Origin: Eledone cirrhosa
Taxonomy: Eukaryota
NCBI GenBank assembly: GCA_964016885.1
Contig: OZ024746.1
Span: 88,846,001 to 88,910,000 of the forward strand
Length of the DNA stretch: 64,000 bases
Reading direction: 5' to 3'
Below are positions 24,697 to 38,398 of this stretch, one piece after another. The notes under the pieces are model-generated. The model did not search any database and was not told the origin of the DNA. It saw only the letters and a list, made by a program, of their open reading frames with translations. A program made the position numbers and the translations under genes. Position 1 is the first letter of the stretch, and every line of letters starts with the position of its first letter.

Positions 24697-26460
24697 TCTT
24701 GGGGTCTCAGTCATTGGTGTTATTTAACTTGAAAGTTTATTCAAGTGAAAATCAAACCACTACCTGTAGCCTCAGATATTAAAGACGTATCGGGGATGGG
24801 GGGGGGGGTACATCTGTTACCACCAAGCATACATTTTGAAGAGTTCCAAAAAAGGTGGCTGGACTGATGTTCTTTAACCATCCTTGAAAACTCTTTGAGA
24901 TAATACCTTGTGCTCCTATGACAATCGGGAAGACCTTGATATCATAACAGTCCCACATCCTTTTTAACTCCCACTTTAAATCCTGGTATCGGTTAATTTT
25001 CACCTCCTTTTCTTCCATTCTTATGTCAAAGGGTCAGGCTACATCTACAATCAGGCACAGCCTTTTTTCCTTGTCAAAAACTATCAGGTCAGGCCTATTG
25101 ACTTCTAATTTCTTGTCTATCTGTATCCTGAACCCCATAGCACCTTCACTTGAATAATTTTCTATCAACGACTCTGGCTTATGCTCATACCACTTCTCAG
25201 AATGTGGTAAAATATTCAGTTTGCATAAATACCTATGAATCACCTTTCCTATTATATCATATCATGTCTCTAGATTTATAGTGAATATCGGCTAGGTGTT
25301 TACACTCGGATACGAAGTGAGCCACAGTCTCCTCACTATCTCCACATATCCTACACAGTGAGTCAGCCTTATCCTTGTGGATATGGTGTTTCACCCACTT
25401 TGTTCTGAGGGCTTGCTCTTGTTCAGCCATTAGCATTCCTTCTGTAGCTGTTTTAAGGCCTTCTCTTTTTAATCAGTTCCATGTATGTGGATCTCTGAAT
25501 TTCATTTTCTTAAAGAAGGAGCTATGAAGGGGTTTTTCATGAGGGTTGCTCTTTCTTTTTCTTGTTATTTCCTCATTGGACATCCGCTGATCGATTGTCA
25601 TATCCTTCAGTACAACTTTGATCATTAGTTTCCTACTCTCAGACACATATTTGCGCAGACTGCTTTTCTCCATCTGAACATAGTCCTCTATGCTGATAAG
25701 ACTTCTTCCACCGTCAGTTCTCTTTAAGTAGAGTCTACTAACATCATTCATCTTGTGGAACATGCTGTAGGTAGTCATTAACTTCCTAGTCTTTCTATCC
25801 ATTTCTTTTTGTTCAGTATCATTCCATTTCAGAATTCCCGCACTAGACCTAATGATCGACACAGCTCGGGAATCTACTGCACTTATGACATTCCTACTAT
25901 TTAGATGTGCTATTAGTATGTTCCTTATTCTCATTTATATATTCATATCTTAGCAATTCCTTCATTTTGTTCTTGAGGTTATCTGCCTCCATAAAAACCA
26001 AATATCTGTATCCCTCTTCCGTGTCGATCTCCTTTATCATCTCACATGTTGGTACTTGGATTCAATCACTTCTGTTCAATTTACCCACTTCAACACTAGG
26101 CCTGCACATTTATTAACACCAAATACCCTACATATATCATTGCTAAAAATACGGACAGTGTTAACAAGTACATGCAATCCCTTCTCCCTTCTCCCAAATA
26201 GTTTTATATCGTCCACGAACAGAAGAGGGTTGGGGGTAAGCTTTTCTCTACCAAGCTTGTATCTTGATTTCACTTATCACAATATGAGGGACAGGGGTAT
26301 GAGGGTAATGACAGACAACTAAGGGAGAAAGCTATCAACCTGGAAGATACCTCCCCTGATCTTCATGCATCTCAAGGATTCTCCAGCTGGTGTTAGCTCT
26401 GTTTTCCAGGACTTCACACTTTTACTTAATAATTGTCTGATGTTTTCTGCCACCTTGAAG
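24697..26460 (-). mobile_element. 5'-truncated R4/Dong-clade non-LTR retrotransposon (RT, CCHC finger, restriction-like endonuclease), disrupted
   Basis: GIFQVDS, LLFVDDIKLF, RLYLKRTDGGRSL, CRICGDSEETVAHFVSEC, KWYEHKPE, NRPDLIVFDK..IVDVA, KEVKINRYQDL, PIVIGAQG. Confidence 0.88.
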
Positions 26461-28706
26461 GCTTTTTGTTAAACAAGAATGAACACGTTCGATGACACAA
26501 ATACCGCCGCTACAATGAAGGGTGTCATGTCCATTAGAGGGAAGAGACACATTTAAAAACGAGACAGCAGTGGCAGCAACAGCAACACTAGAACCGGCAC
26601 TGCCACAACAATAATAATGCGAAACGAGCATTGCATTGTAAGAGCTGTAAGGGCAAAGAGAAGTGCCGTAACACAAGTAGGGACTTGAGAGGCAGAGGTG
26701 TAGCGTGGTAAAAAAAGTTGCAATATAGGATTTTATGGACATAAATGGGTGCATACTTTTCTATTCAAAGCAAATATGTACGGTGTTGCCACCGTATTGA
26801 CACATATGTTTAGTGGAAACAGGGTTACGGAAGTGGTGACGGATATATTTCCTACCCCACCACCCTCCTCTGACTCTCGACGAATCATGCAGAGTGCTGC
26901 GAAGAGACAATGACAACAATCGAATTACGGCATGGCCTATGCTGTTGGACGAATCGCAACTCGTTTGGATGGAGTAAGAGTAATACGTAAATAGATCAGA
27001 TTTTTCCTCTATATCCAATTAACTCTAAACTGCAACGGGCAGAAACGCGAGAAATCATCGATACTTTCAGGCGTATCACACTGCATAACTCTGCTCAACA
27101 CATCATTTACAATCCTGCCCTCGTTTAGACATATTAGCTATGGAGGTTTGTTTTGTTATAGTTTTCTCCATGATATTTAAATTCTGTATCAGTACAATAT
27201 CCATCTGAAATACATACAGCAAAACAAAATTGTTTACAACCAGTATATGTTTCGTCTCTTTATTTCATCGCCGTTGACACAGTAATCGTTGTGGTAAAGG
27301 ACACCATTCATCAGTCTAGAATCGTAAGTAGTATTTGTCTCATATGGAATCGTTTCTTAAACGAAGAATGTGAAATGTTTATAGAGACTGCGTCTAGTAG
27401 GAACTGTTTGCATACTTTAATCTAAATCATTGAGAAGAAAATAGGTAACTACAGCAAAAGTGAAATTTTCTAATTAGAGAGAGGATGAGAGAGAACATAT
27501 GTTTGTCTGAGTATGTTTCAGAACGAGACAGTAGAAAAGTATATAAAACGACGAGAAAATAAAGTTAGCCATAGGGAAAATTATCAAATTTAGTTGCTTA
27601 ATGATATGGCTCTCATCATCGCATCAGTTATCAAAATCGCTGAACATCGCACAGGTGTTCTAGTAAAGAGATATTGAAGGCAAGTAAAAACATCAACATG
27701 AATGACAAATTCTTATTCATTTCATTGATTATAATTTCTGACTTTCAAAAAGAGGAGTTGGACATTCGTTTAAATGTGACTATTTACAATGATTTTAATA
27801 AAGCAAATAACGAACATTGTTATATACTTCAGACTTAAAACGTAATCTTTTACTAAATTAAATATTTAGCCTACAACCTATATACGTTTTTCAAATGAAA
27901 GCGTTTGCATTAATCTCGAATACATCTTGCATATGGGAATTATCGACAGCATTTTTAAAATAAGCTTTTAAAAGCTTTTTCAATTCTCCATTAGAGAGAA
28001 AGAAATGCGTTTGATTTATCAGACATATCTCCTTACGAGAAAACAGAAAAAATAATATATATATACAATATTTAGCTTCAGCAATTGCTGTTAACTTTTA
28101 TTCAACTTTTATTCTCATGTATTTTAATTCTTCACTCTTGGCATGTGTGTTCTTCATTTAAATGTTTATTAGTTCCTGTAACTACTTGTTTTGTTGCTAT
28201 ATATATTTGACGCATTCAGAACGTTCCAGATGTGTCGGATTTTATAGCATTTCAATATAGTTAATGGACTTAGAATATTTCAAAAGAAAAGTAAAAAAAA
28301 AACTCTTATAAAGTGTCTAAAAGATTTAATCATATTTTTGTGAAGAGAGAGAATGTTTCTATTTTGCTTTCTCTTTAAATTCATTGATTTTCACCTATTT
28401 AATAATTTTCATGACACTTAAAGAATTAAAAGTACATTAAAATGCAATCAAGAAAATCTGGTTTACAATGCATTTTGTAATTAATTAAAGTAATTTTTAA
28501 TCAGTGAAGTAAATAATGTTTAGTAGATAAAAGCAGTTCTTTGAATATTGTAAAATATTCTTGGAAATAAAAACATACACATTCATGTGTCTCATATGTT
28601 CTATAAATATGAATATTAAAATATATATATATATATATATAATATTCATATTCATAGAACATATGAGACACATGAATATATATATATATATATAAACACA
28701 CACACA

Positions 28707-28777
<71 letters not shown>

Positions 28778-28779
<2 letters not shown>

Positions 28780-28911
28780 CGAAGGAGGTTTGGTAAGTAA
28801 CCAACTGGACCATAACGCGCCAAATACTCGATGCTGGGTAGTAGAATGTATACTAGAGTTCAGGCCTAACTGTTGAAATGGCCGGAGCTCAGCTATTGGG
28901 GTCCTGACTAT

Positions 28912-28915
<4 letters not shown>
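28778..28915 (+). repeat. Palindrome-family repeat between (TA)n runs
   Basis: Aligns to 34371-34560 with the left arm deleted. Confidence 0.8.
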
Positions 28916-28956
<41 letters not shown>

Positions 28957-29741
28957 AAGAGAGAGAGAGGGAGAGAGGGCGTAGGTTTTTTTGTAATAGA
29001 AACAAGTTGGGCATTAAATGGGTAAATCCTTCTCGTGCTTTTCCATGACTAATATTGAATTTTATGAACGAATAAAGTTAACGTGTGATCATTTAATGTT
29101 GTTGCTTCTTATTCTTTGACATATTTTATAAATAATCTAAATTAAATTGTACAGTTTCATTTGATGTCGTTGATCAAGAGATATGTTTGCATATTTATGC
29201 TTAAGTTTGATTGTTTACTAGATATATATGTATTGGGCATCGGATGTTATCAATATTTGATACGGGGATCATTAGCATGAGATCAATATGTAATTTATAT
29301 CATATTTATAATAATTTTAATATAGCAATATTGTTTTATAAATAGCTGATTACACCCAAACGAATGCTTAACACACAAAATATGTTATAATATCATTGGT
29401 GTGGCAAACCTACGAATCCTCTATGAAATTAGACCTATCAAAAACTGCTGGTATGAATTGCATAAACAGATTACCTATGAAAAGTGTACAAGTCTACATC
29501 TGCCACCTATCTTACAAACGTCATTCTTGGAGTGGAACACAACCCACCATAGGCCCCATGCTGTTAAAGTTCATGTGGTATACTGAAACAATGTAAAATC
29601 ATTAAATTCTAGCGGGATTACGGAGATTCCACGGACGAAAACATTTAGATGAGATATTTAGGAGATGTTTCTGTAGATGCATATTATCTCTCATAGTCTA
29701 CTTTGCTCTAAAACGATATGCCCCTATTCTTCATTCCTTAC

Positions 29742-29850
29742 CTAACGTCTCTGTGCTGTCTTCTTTTTTCTATTATTTGTTCCCTATGTTGCTGTCTGAT
29801 CCATGCTCTATATCTGCGCATCCTTTCTTGAGCCACTTGTAATTGTCTTT
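29742..29850 (-). other. Candidate 109-nt exon encoding an Arg/Gln-rich helix (ERQLQVAQERMRRYRAWIRQQHREQIIEKRRQHRDV)
   Basis: tctttttataccaag acceptor, strong AG|gtaagg donor, open protein-like frame. Confidence 0.4.
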
Positions 29851-31941
29851 CTTGGTATAAAAAGAATACATCAAATGTATTAAGGCACCTCTTTGTGCAA
29901 GTAATAAATGTATGGAATAAATTCCTTAATATAAATATATTAGCAACATGTATAAACTGGTACGGTAAGGGGAAATGTGTATGTGTATAGCAACCTTATA
30001 TATCTCCATTGCCATAGAGACCAGCGTCGGAACATTCGTTACAATTGTATATGAGTAAATAAATATAAACGCGTAAACAAATATACACTCACACACATAC
30101 ACAAACATAAAATTACACACATGCATTCAAACAAACACAGATATCCACTCACATACACACACACCTACGCATACATACACATAAAATTACATAGAAAATA
30201 ATTACTACATACACAGCGTTATACGATTCGTTACATAGATATGTATGTATGTATGTAATGCATATTTTGTATGATGTGCCTATTTATGAATGTGTATGTA
30301 TAGATGTGTAGTTGTGTGTGTTTGTATTTGTGTTATCTATATATGTTTTATGTATTTTTGTGTAGAAATGTCTCGATGTAACTAATGTACACGCGAACGA
30401 ATGGACGGAACACGCGTTTAATTATAATATAATTGTTTATTTTCTTACATTAATGTATTGTAGGAATTCATTCTTGCAATTCCAATTTGTATTGCACTGG
30501 CTTCCTGAAATAGTTTTAACGATATAATATGTATTGTTTCTACTTAGGTTTCCGATTCATTCTCTGATGAATGGTTTATTATGTTAAATGACTATGAACG
30601 CCTCTTAATATCGGAAAAGCATGTTTTCATATTTTTCACTTATTAATCAGATTTGAAAATTATCCAGGTAACTAGATTAGTAGGGGACGTTAAGGGATAT
30701 AATGTGCCTTTTAACCAATGTTTCGCGATGCGTGGGCACAAATACCATATTCTTTGAATAGACGCTACTTAGGTTTCTTAGTGTGCAGCGAATAAATCAA
30801 ACCTTAATTTAACATGTAATCTCTGAACGATGAACAAATGGCGGAATAGTGGTTCTCTACCACATTTCTTTCGTTTTATATATATATATATATATATCAC
30901 ATATGTAAGCTTCATACATGATAAAGTTTTATTAATTCCGATGAATAGAATCATTTATTAATATAATCAATTAAGTAATTAATTAATTAGTAATTATGGG
31001 ATGGAAGAAACGTTGGTTATATTGAAATATAATATAATTAACATTCTTTGGTCTTCTTACCAATGTAATATTTGCTCTGTCAGCTGAAATAAGGAGTTCA
31101 TACATGTAGAATTTTATGTAGTATTTGTGAATAGATTAATGTAATAAATCTCATATTTTCAACTGTTATAACTTCACCTACCGTTATCTGTTTTCTTATT
31201 CGAAAACGATTTATTGTAAATTAATATATATATAGAGAGAATTAAGACGTTAGCTCTAACATAGCTGTAAGCATATAAATGTATATTTTGTATATCTAGA
31301 GATATAGGTATCTTTATAAATGTTTATAAATGCCTTGACATATTCCTAGAATATGATACTTTCCCAAACAACTGAATAATTTCCAAACTTAGCGATTTTA
31401 AATAAAAATGCCGTACTGTTTTCCCAAATCGAATAACGAGACAGAGCATACTATATAATTTAGTCATATGTTTATGGTATAAATATCAGAAAAATAATAT
31501 ATATTAAATATAAATTCTAATCTCATCAACATCTAGTAATGTACAACATAATTAAAGCTGCTGTAAATTTCTATGTGGACCTGATCATAGAGGAGAAATC
31601 AATATTCAAACATTTATATTTATAATTAGATGTCTTCGTCGAGGAGAAGTGAAATGATTTCAGTCAAGAAATTTATAACTATCTCTGCTATTATATTCAT
31701 GCTCTATGTCAGAAAGATGTCATTAATATCGAGAGAAGTTTCATACGTTACAACGATAATAAGGAATATAAGGGTCTTTCGCTGATGTTACATAAAATAT
31801 CCAAGAATTATGATGATGATGTTAATTTCCTGTCCTTGTGTGCAGTTTGTCAAAGATGTATATTGAAATGGTAGACATGATTTAAATAGAGTAAACTGAC
31901 GAATAACATATCACAATGTGACAATGAATTAAATAATTATC

Positions 31942-32081
<140 letters not shown>

Positions 32082-32084
32082 GAG

Positions 32085-32375
32085 TGGATAGAGGGCTTTT
32101 TGAGGGTGTTGTTTTGATGACAACACCCCAGTGATAAAGTTTGCTCCGGACATAACACCCGTGTCTGAAAGAACCGGCAGAAGTAGAATCAGCCAGATCC
32201 ATACAAGGACCATGACTCGAGCTACATGCAGGCGAAAGATTTGTAACACGAAATAAACTAAGTCCAGATGCATCACTGATTTTTCGTTTTCTTGATAATA
32301 TTTACACTCTACTCTGATGAATATTGAGTGATTATTTTGGGATACCACCTACGGAAGCACCTTAGCTACCACTGT
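32085..32375 (-). repeat. Dispersed repeat homologous to 41130-41300 (body of an HHR-bearing element)
   Basis: Minus GTGTTACAAATCTTTCGCCTGCATGTAGCTCGAG..TGGATCTGGCTGATTCT..GCCGGTTC matches GTGTTACAATTGTTTCGCCGGCGGACAGCTCGAG..TGGATCTGTCTGATTCT..GCCGGTTC at ~41130. Confidence 0.7.
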
Positions 32376-32389
32376 ACACACACACACAC

Positions 32390-32447
<58 letters not shown>

Positions 32448-32954
32448 ATGTATGTGTTTGTATATATTTATGTGTGCGTATCCACGTGCATAATTCAGTA
32501 GATGATTCCATCTAACACTGTTTAAGACTACAAATGTACAATGAAGCACATGATGTTAAGTCTACATACCCGTGCTATGAAATATATTAATATGCAATGT
32601 CCAGAATGGTGCAAACGTTAGCAATTGTCAAATGCAACGTTAAACCATAATTTAGTTACTGCACCAAAAGCAGGAAGCTAGATATGACCCACTAGATATA
32701 AAAGAGATTTGCTTAGCACTGGATGGAGAAGGGAAACGCCTCAAAAGCAAGATTAGGGATACTCACATTCACAATTTTGACGAAATCTTGAAGTTTATAC
32801 GGAGAATAGCAATATGTTTCTTTTGCAAGCATATACATATCCATCCTTGATAACGTCAATGCATCGCTTTCCAATGTTAACATTAAGATATATATCCTAT
32901 GGGAAGATGTCAATCATTTTCCCTACACACACACACACACAAACATATATATAT

Positions 32955-33325
32955 CATCTCATCTAGGGCGGGTAAAATTCCCGAGATAAATGGACAACTC
33001 CTCTCCTGCGCTCTCTGTCCCTCATTATCGCAGCCATATCCTGCGTCTTCACCAGGCCAGTGTCTGTCCTTAGGGCATCAACATACGTTAGACTTGCACT
33101 TCCACTTATAGTGTGTCCATGCAGGGGCTCCCACAAGAAGACTGAGTGCAGTGACAATTGTAGATGTCGGTGAACATGTCCAGCTAACCTCAGTCTCCTC
33201 TGTGTCACTTTTGACCTGACTTTTGATATAATAGTGTCTGAGTCTTGGACACTGACAAAGAAACTCACTCAGATGGTGGAAGAGTGGTACACGAGAATGC
33301 AGAGGATGGCTCTGAACATTAATCA

Positions 33326-33327
<2 letters not shown>
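32955..33327 (-). mobile_element. RTE-clade LINE 3' end with 5' inversion
   Basis: Minus: ISKVRSKVTQRRLRLAGHVHRH..LWEPLHG..TYVD.LR.DTGL..MRDR. Plus 33237-33327: SESWTLTKKL..YTRMQRMALNI, the segment normally just upstream. Confidence 0.85.
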
Positions 33328-33383
<56 letters not shown>

Positions 33384-33556
33384 TATTTAAACGTCCGTAT
33401 AGAAGTAATAAGACAGGACATACCAGAGGATGTATTGGGTACTCCATACAGTTGGTAATAAAAAAGAAAAGATGAAACAACTAAAAACAAAACTAAAAAT
33501 TAAAAAAATGAGAAGACAAAAATAGGATTACTAAAATAAATAAATGTATATATATA

Positions 33557-33615
<59 letters not shown>

Positions 33616-33616
<1 letters not shown>

Positions 33617-33727
33617 TTGAAAAAAATGAAAACGAAATTTCATTTCTCACTCTTAGTATGGCACTTACTTAAATGTAAGTATGTATGTATACGTACATAC
33701 ATATATGTATACAGGCGTACAGTAGCA

Positions 33728-33767
<40 letters not shown>

Positions 33768-34126
33768 TATACACATATGCATACAGGTACACATACATAT
33801 ATGCACGCATCAGTTTAGCCGACGTTTAATATGCAAATTAGGCTGCTCAGCCGTTAATTTTCATAAGGAAAGTATATACTTTCGAACGTTCAACTATCTG
33901 GCAGATGGGTAAACGGTGCTGATGATAGCTAACAAGCTTGAAACTAGTACATCGTTCCTGTGTCAGTGTTGAACAAAAAGGTGACGTGGTTGCCTTAACA
34001 CCGTATGGCATAAATTCAGGCTGTTCGATTTGTTGACAAACAAACGAACAAAGCAGGCGTTATAATAAACGTCGGCTAAACTGATGCGTGCATATATGTA
34101 TGTGCACCTGTATGCATATGTGTATA

Positions 34127-34188
<62 letters not shown>

Positions 34189-34241
34189 TGCTACTGTACG
34201 TCTGCATACATATATGTATGTACGTATACATACATACTTAC

Positions 34242-34250
<9 letters not shown>
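33616..34250 (+). mobile_element. HHR-containing element with long inverted flanks, embedded in (TA)n
   Basis: 33670-33827 is the reverse complement of 34067-34246. The core between them holds an HHR. Homologue at 10970-11535. Confidence 0.75.
33912..33956 (+). ncRNA. Minimal type I hammerhead ribozyme, intact core
   Basis: aacggug CUGAUGA uagcu aaca agcuu GAAA cuag UA caucguu. Palindromic stem III (CUAG); the first stem II pair is U-U. Confidence 0.85.
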
Positions 34251-34332
<82 letters not shown>

Positions 34333-34339
34333 CTATATA

Positions 34340-34370
<31 letters not shown>

Positions 34371-34372
<2 letters not shown>

Positions 34373-34555
34373 CGAAGGAAATGTGGTAAGGAACCAGGTG
34401 GACCATAACGCACCAAAGTACTCAATACTTGAGGTAGTAGAGTGGGTAATAGGAACCAGTAAGACCCCGACAGCTGAGCTCAAGCCGTTTCGACGGCTAA
34501 TTCTGGAATTAGCCGTCGAAACGGCTTGAGCTCAGCTGTCGGGGTCTTACTGGTT

Positions 34556-34560
<5 letters not shown>
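34371..34560 (+). repeat. Palindrome-family repeat with a perfect 55-bp-arm hairpin (34449-34560)
   Basis: 34449-34503 is the exact reverse complement of 34506-34560. (TA)n on both sides. Confidence 0.95.
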
Positions 34561-34590
<30 letters not shown>

Positions 34591-34887
34591 TTATTATAGC
34601 TCTGGTTGTTTAATTTATTAATTTTTCATTGAGCCAAAAAGTGACCAGTTGCAAAACACGTATATGTATGTATATATATATGTAAACTTTTATATGTAAT
34701 AATCTCCCACTAGGTTGAGATACAACTTTGGCTGTATTGTGCTGTGCTTTCTAGCAAAAATGCCACCAGTCGTAAGCAACTACCACACACCTTCCAACTT
34801 AACCGCGACTACGTCAGGATTTTTAGCCATTTTGAAATGAATTCTTGGCGCGACCGTTTTGGAAAATTTAATGTCTAGATATGAGCG

Positions 34888-34977
34888 AACTTCCTGAAGA
34901 ATCCGGCGCTCGAGTTTATATAATTATTACATAATTATTGGATAACTCAAAACACTGACGAAACCATGGTAGAGGTT
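34888..34977 (+). ncRNA. Type I hammerhead motif with long stem II
   Basis: aacuuc CUGAAGA [59-nt imperfect hairpin] GAAA ccaugg UA gagguu. Confidence 0.7.
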
Positions 34978-36888
34978 TTAAGTGTATTCTATTTTCTCCT
35001 AGTTTATTTTAAACCTAATTCTGCTTAGTTGACTGTATCTAGGCGATTATGCTGTCGAAATATTCGATAAATATTCCACTACGGCCGACGCGAAGCGCTA
35101 GTTTTGGTTATTTGTTGGAGATTCCTTCATAGAACCCTCATTCGTATAGCCTGGTCTATTCCATTTTTTATATAGTTAATTATTCTAATTGGGAGAGGAA
35201 ATAGTATATATTTTATCTTGTGATTCTATAGACATGTTTTATGATACATATATATATTTACATTTTTTTATCGCAATCATGTTTTTATTTTTATTTCTTA
35301 TACACGTAATGTTTCCTGATTGTTCTTTCTGTATTTTCATTGTGATTGTTTTAAAATCATATACGTCCAGATTTGTGTAAACATGTATTTGCTATTTACT
35401 AATGTAATTTTATATGCTTTTGCTTCGTTTTATAAGATATATTAATTTTAAATCCTATCTTGCTGAACTTTATCCAAGGTAACTCTAATTTAATCTGCTT
35501 ATGTAAGAAGCCATATCAGGAACGAGATTTTTCACGTTTGCTTATGTTAAGGAAAGCTACTACGACGGTATCGACCCCCCCCCCCCCCTCCATGTTGCCT
35601 CCTGTGAATTGCATGCAATTTTGACGCTAATATGTAGCATGTCAAGTGGCCATGTAGTAACTTACTATTTAACTTAAATTTTATTTAGGGATATATTGAA
35701 GCGGGTTAGAATTATCTTAATTGTATGGTCGATGAAATTTCGGTTGATGCAAATGGAACGCACGTTACAACATTTGTAAATTAATTTTTCTCTTTGTGTT
35801 TTTCATTGCAATTTTATCAAGGCCTTTCATCGAATCATTCGAAATATCCCATGCTTTGACGAGAATAAAAGAGAAAATACCATGGTAACACGTCCGTTTA
35901 ACTGCGAACGCCACAGCTAAAATAGCAGGCAGATCACCCTTACATTGCAACGTCTCTTATTTTTGAGTAACACATTTTAATTAGTATTATTCTAGAAATG
36001 TGCATTCAATTCTAATATGCATGCATACAATGGAAACAATCAGAGGAAATTGATATGTTTTTATCGGAAATATTAAATTATCGATATAAATTCAATTATG
36101 TAATATATATGTAATATATATGAAGCTTTCAAGCTCTTCAAACATATTCCCGTTTCCTTTTTTTCTCCCTTGATTACTTGAAATTCGTACAAAACCATAG
36201 TACGAAAAGTGTGATGTAGAATGAATGAAATTGGGAAATGCAATGAATATTATGATTTCAATGGAATGGGTTAAGACGATGTCACCGTAAACGATGTGTT
36301 AGTTTCGCGTAACTTGAACAGAAATTTTATGAAACTTATTTTGATAGCTCTATTGATGAACCCATACATATGTAACACATTCCTAAATGATTGTATTCTA
36401 TATTAACATGAAATAGCAGTTTGACAAAAGAACATGCATCACTATTTTATTCTATTTATGAACAATGTCTGAAAACTTTGTTTCATTTACCGAAGTTTAA
36501 GAAAATACTAATTCTTCATTTGAATTTCTTTCAAAGTTGGTTTTACTTTTCGCTTTTACTTTGACAAAATCGTAGAAATTATATTTTACACGTGATATAT
36601 TGTTCACAAAAGATTCACAAGGTTTCGTTCTTTTTATTTATTTTTTGTTAATCATTTAAAGTAACATGTTTTTATGAGTTTTCAACACTACTTACTCTCT
36701 TAGTAGAATACTATCTTTCGTCGCCTTTGTACATTAAGAATCTTATGTCTAATCCGATGAATATCTGATGACACATCATATTATATTAGTATATAATTTT
36801 ACTTGTACTGAATTTGATGTAGATGGTGAGAAAGAAAATACCATTTACTAATATATACAATCTGATAGTTCACAAATACTTAGCATGT

Positions 36889-36939
36889 GGTTAGTATCGG
36901 TTAGTATCGGTTAGTATCGGTTAGTACCGGTTAGTATCG
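36889..36939. repeat. 10-bp tandem repeat (GGTTAGTATC) x5
   Basis: Directly visible; one unit is GGTTAGTACC. Confidence 0.95.
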
Positions 36940-37840
36940 ATACTTACTATCGGCTTAGGTTCGACGATTTATTTCGCACATCTTGTTTTTATATTCATAT
37001 GAAACAAATATATAACGAGGCCTGTTTACGTTTCCGTCTGCCTCTCAGTTCAATTCACGTGCTTTGTTTTGGAAATGGAACTTTCATATTAGTAGGGATT
37101 TCTTTCTGAATGACATTTCACACATTGACTTGAGCTTCTGAAGAGTTATTACATAATTATAGATCATATTTGATTTATATTATATGAAATAAAGCTTCAT
37201 GCACAATGTTAGATATGATGTAAAAATTATGTCTCATGAATATGGCATAAATTAACGAACATTAATTAAATCAATACTGGAAATCACTAAACTTTAGAAA
37301 GCCTGTTAGCGAAATGATTGTTTACCGAAAATATCATGCTTTGGAAATATCTTCCAAATTATATCATTTGAAGCAATAGCAGCTATTATAGAAAGCTAAT
37401 TACTTAATTATATCTAATTGAAATATGACAGGCATATTAATGGTAATAAATATCATTTGTATTCATATTAAATTCTATTGGGCACAACCAATTGCTGATA
37501 TTTGTGAAATGGGTACATACAGGATTTGAATTTGTAATATTAAAATGTTCTATTGATTGAGATTATTGTACGTAATATTTTTGGAGAGTAAAGTAAGAGC
37601 ATCTGGTGTATTTGTGTGCTAGTAATGTGGTCTGTGATTTTTGTACAAGTCTATATGTTAAACATTCTACAAGTAACTATTTCGTTTTAGAATTGTTCTG
37701 TTTATATAGCCTTAGACTTTACACTGATTAAATTATATTCTTCATGTCCTTCGACCTCTAGAATGAATATAGATATTAAGCCTTTGTTACCTTAGTGGTG
37801 GTTGCCAATAATATGTGAATAGTATCTCTGAATCTCGCTC

Positions 37841-37911
<71 letters not shown>

Positions 37912-37991
37912 CTCTCTCTCTATCTATCTATCTATCTATCTCTCTATCTCCCTTTATATATATATATATGTATATGTGTGTGTGTGTGTGT

Positions 37992-38050
<59 letters not shown>

Positions 38051-38318
38051 CGTGTGTGTGTATACATATATATATATATATATATATTGGTAAAATATAT
38101 TCTAAAACCTCTATTCTTTTAAATATATATATATATATTCACTATGTACTATTATTTATTCAGTTGGTTCTGATTTGCCTTTAAGCCTTTTGTGTAATGC
38201 TAGTTCGATAAAGTACAGTGGACATACATTACTAATACAGAATTAATCGACGATAGAGTTTTCAAAATATTTTGCCTTTATTTGGTGTGTATGTTCACGT
38301 TTGGTGAAACAAGTGTGT

Positions 38319-38398
<80 letters not shown>

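Noticed and set aside
36889-36939. GGTTAG-containing tandem repeat as telomere or CRISPR array
   Set aside because: The period is 10 bp with no spacers and it is not (TTAGGG)n. It is a plain short tandem repeat in eukaryotic DNA.
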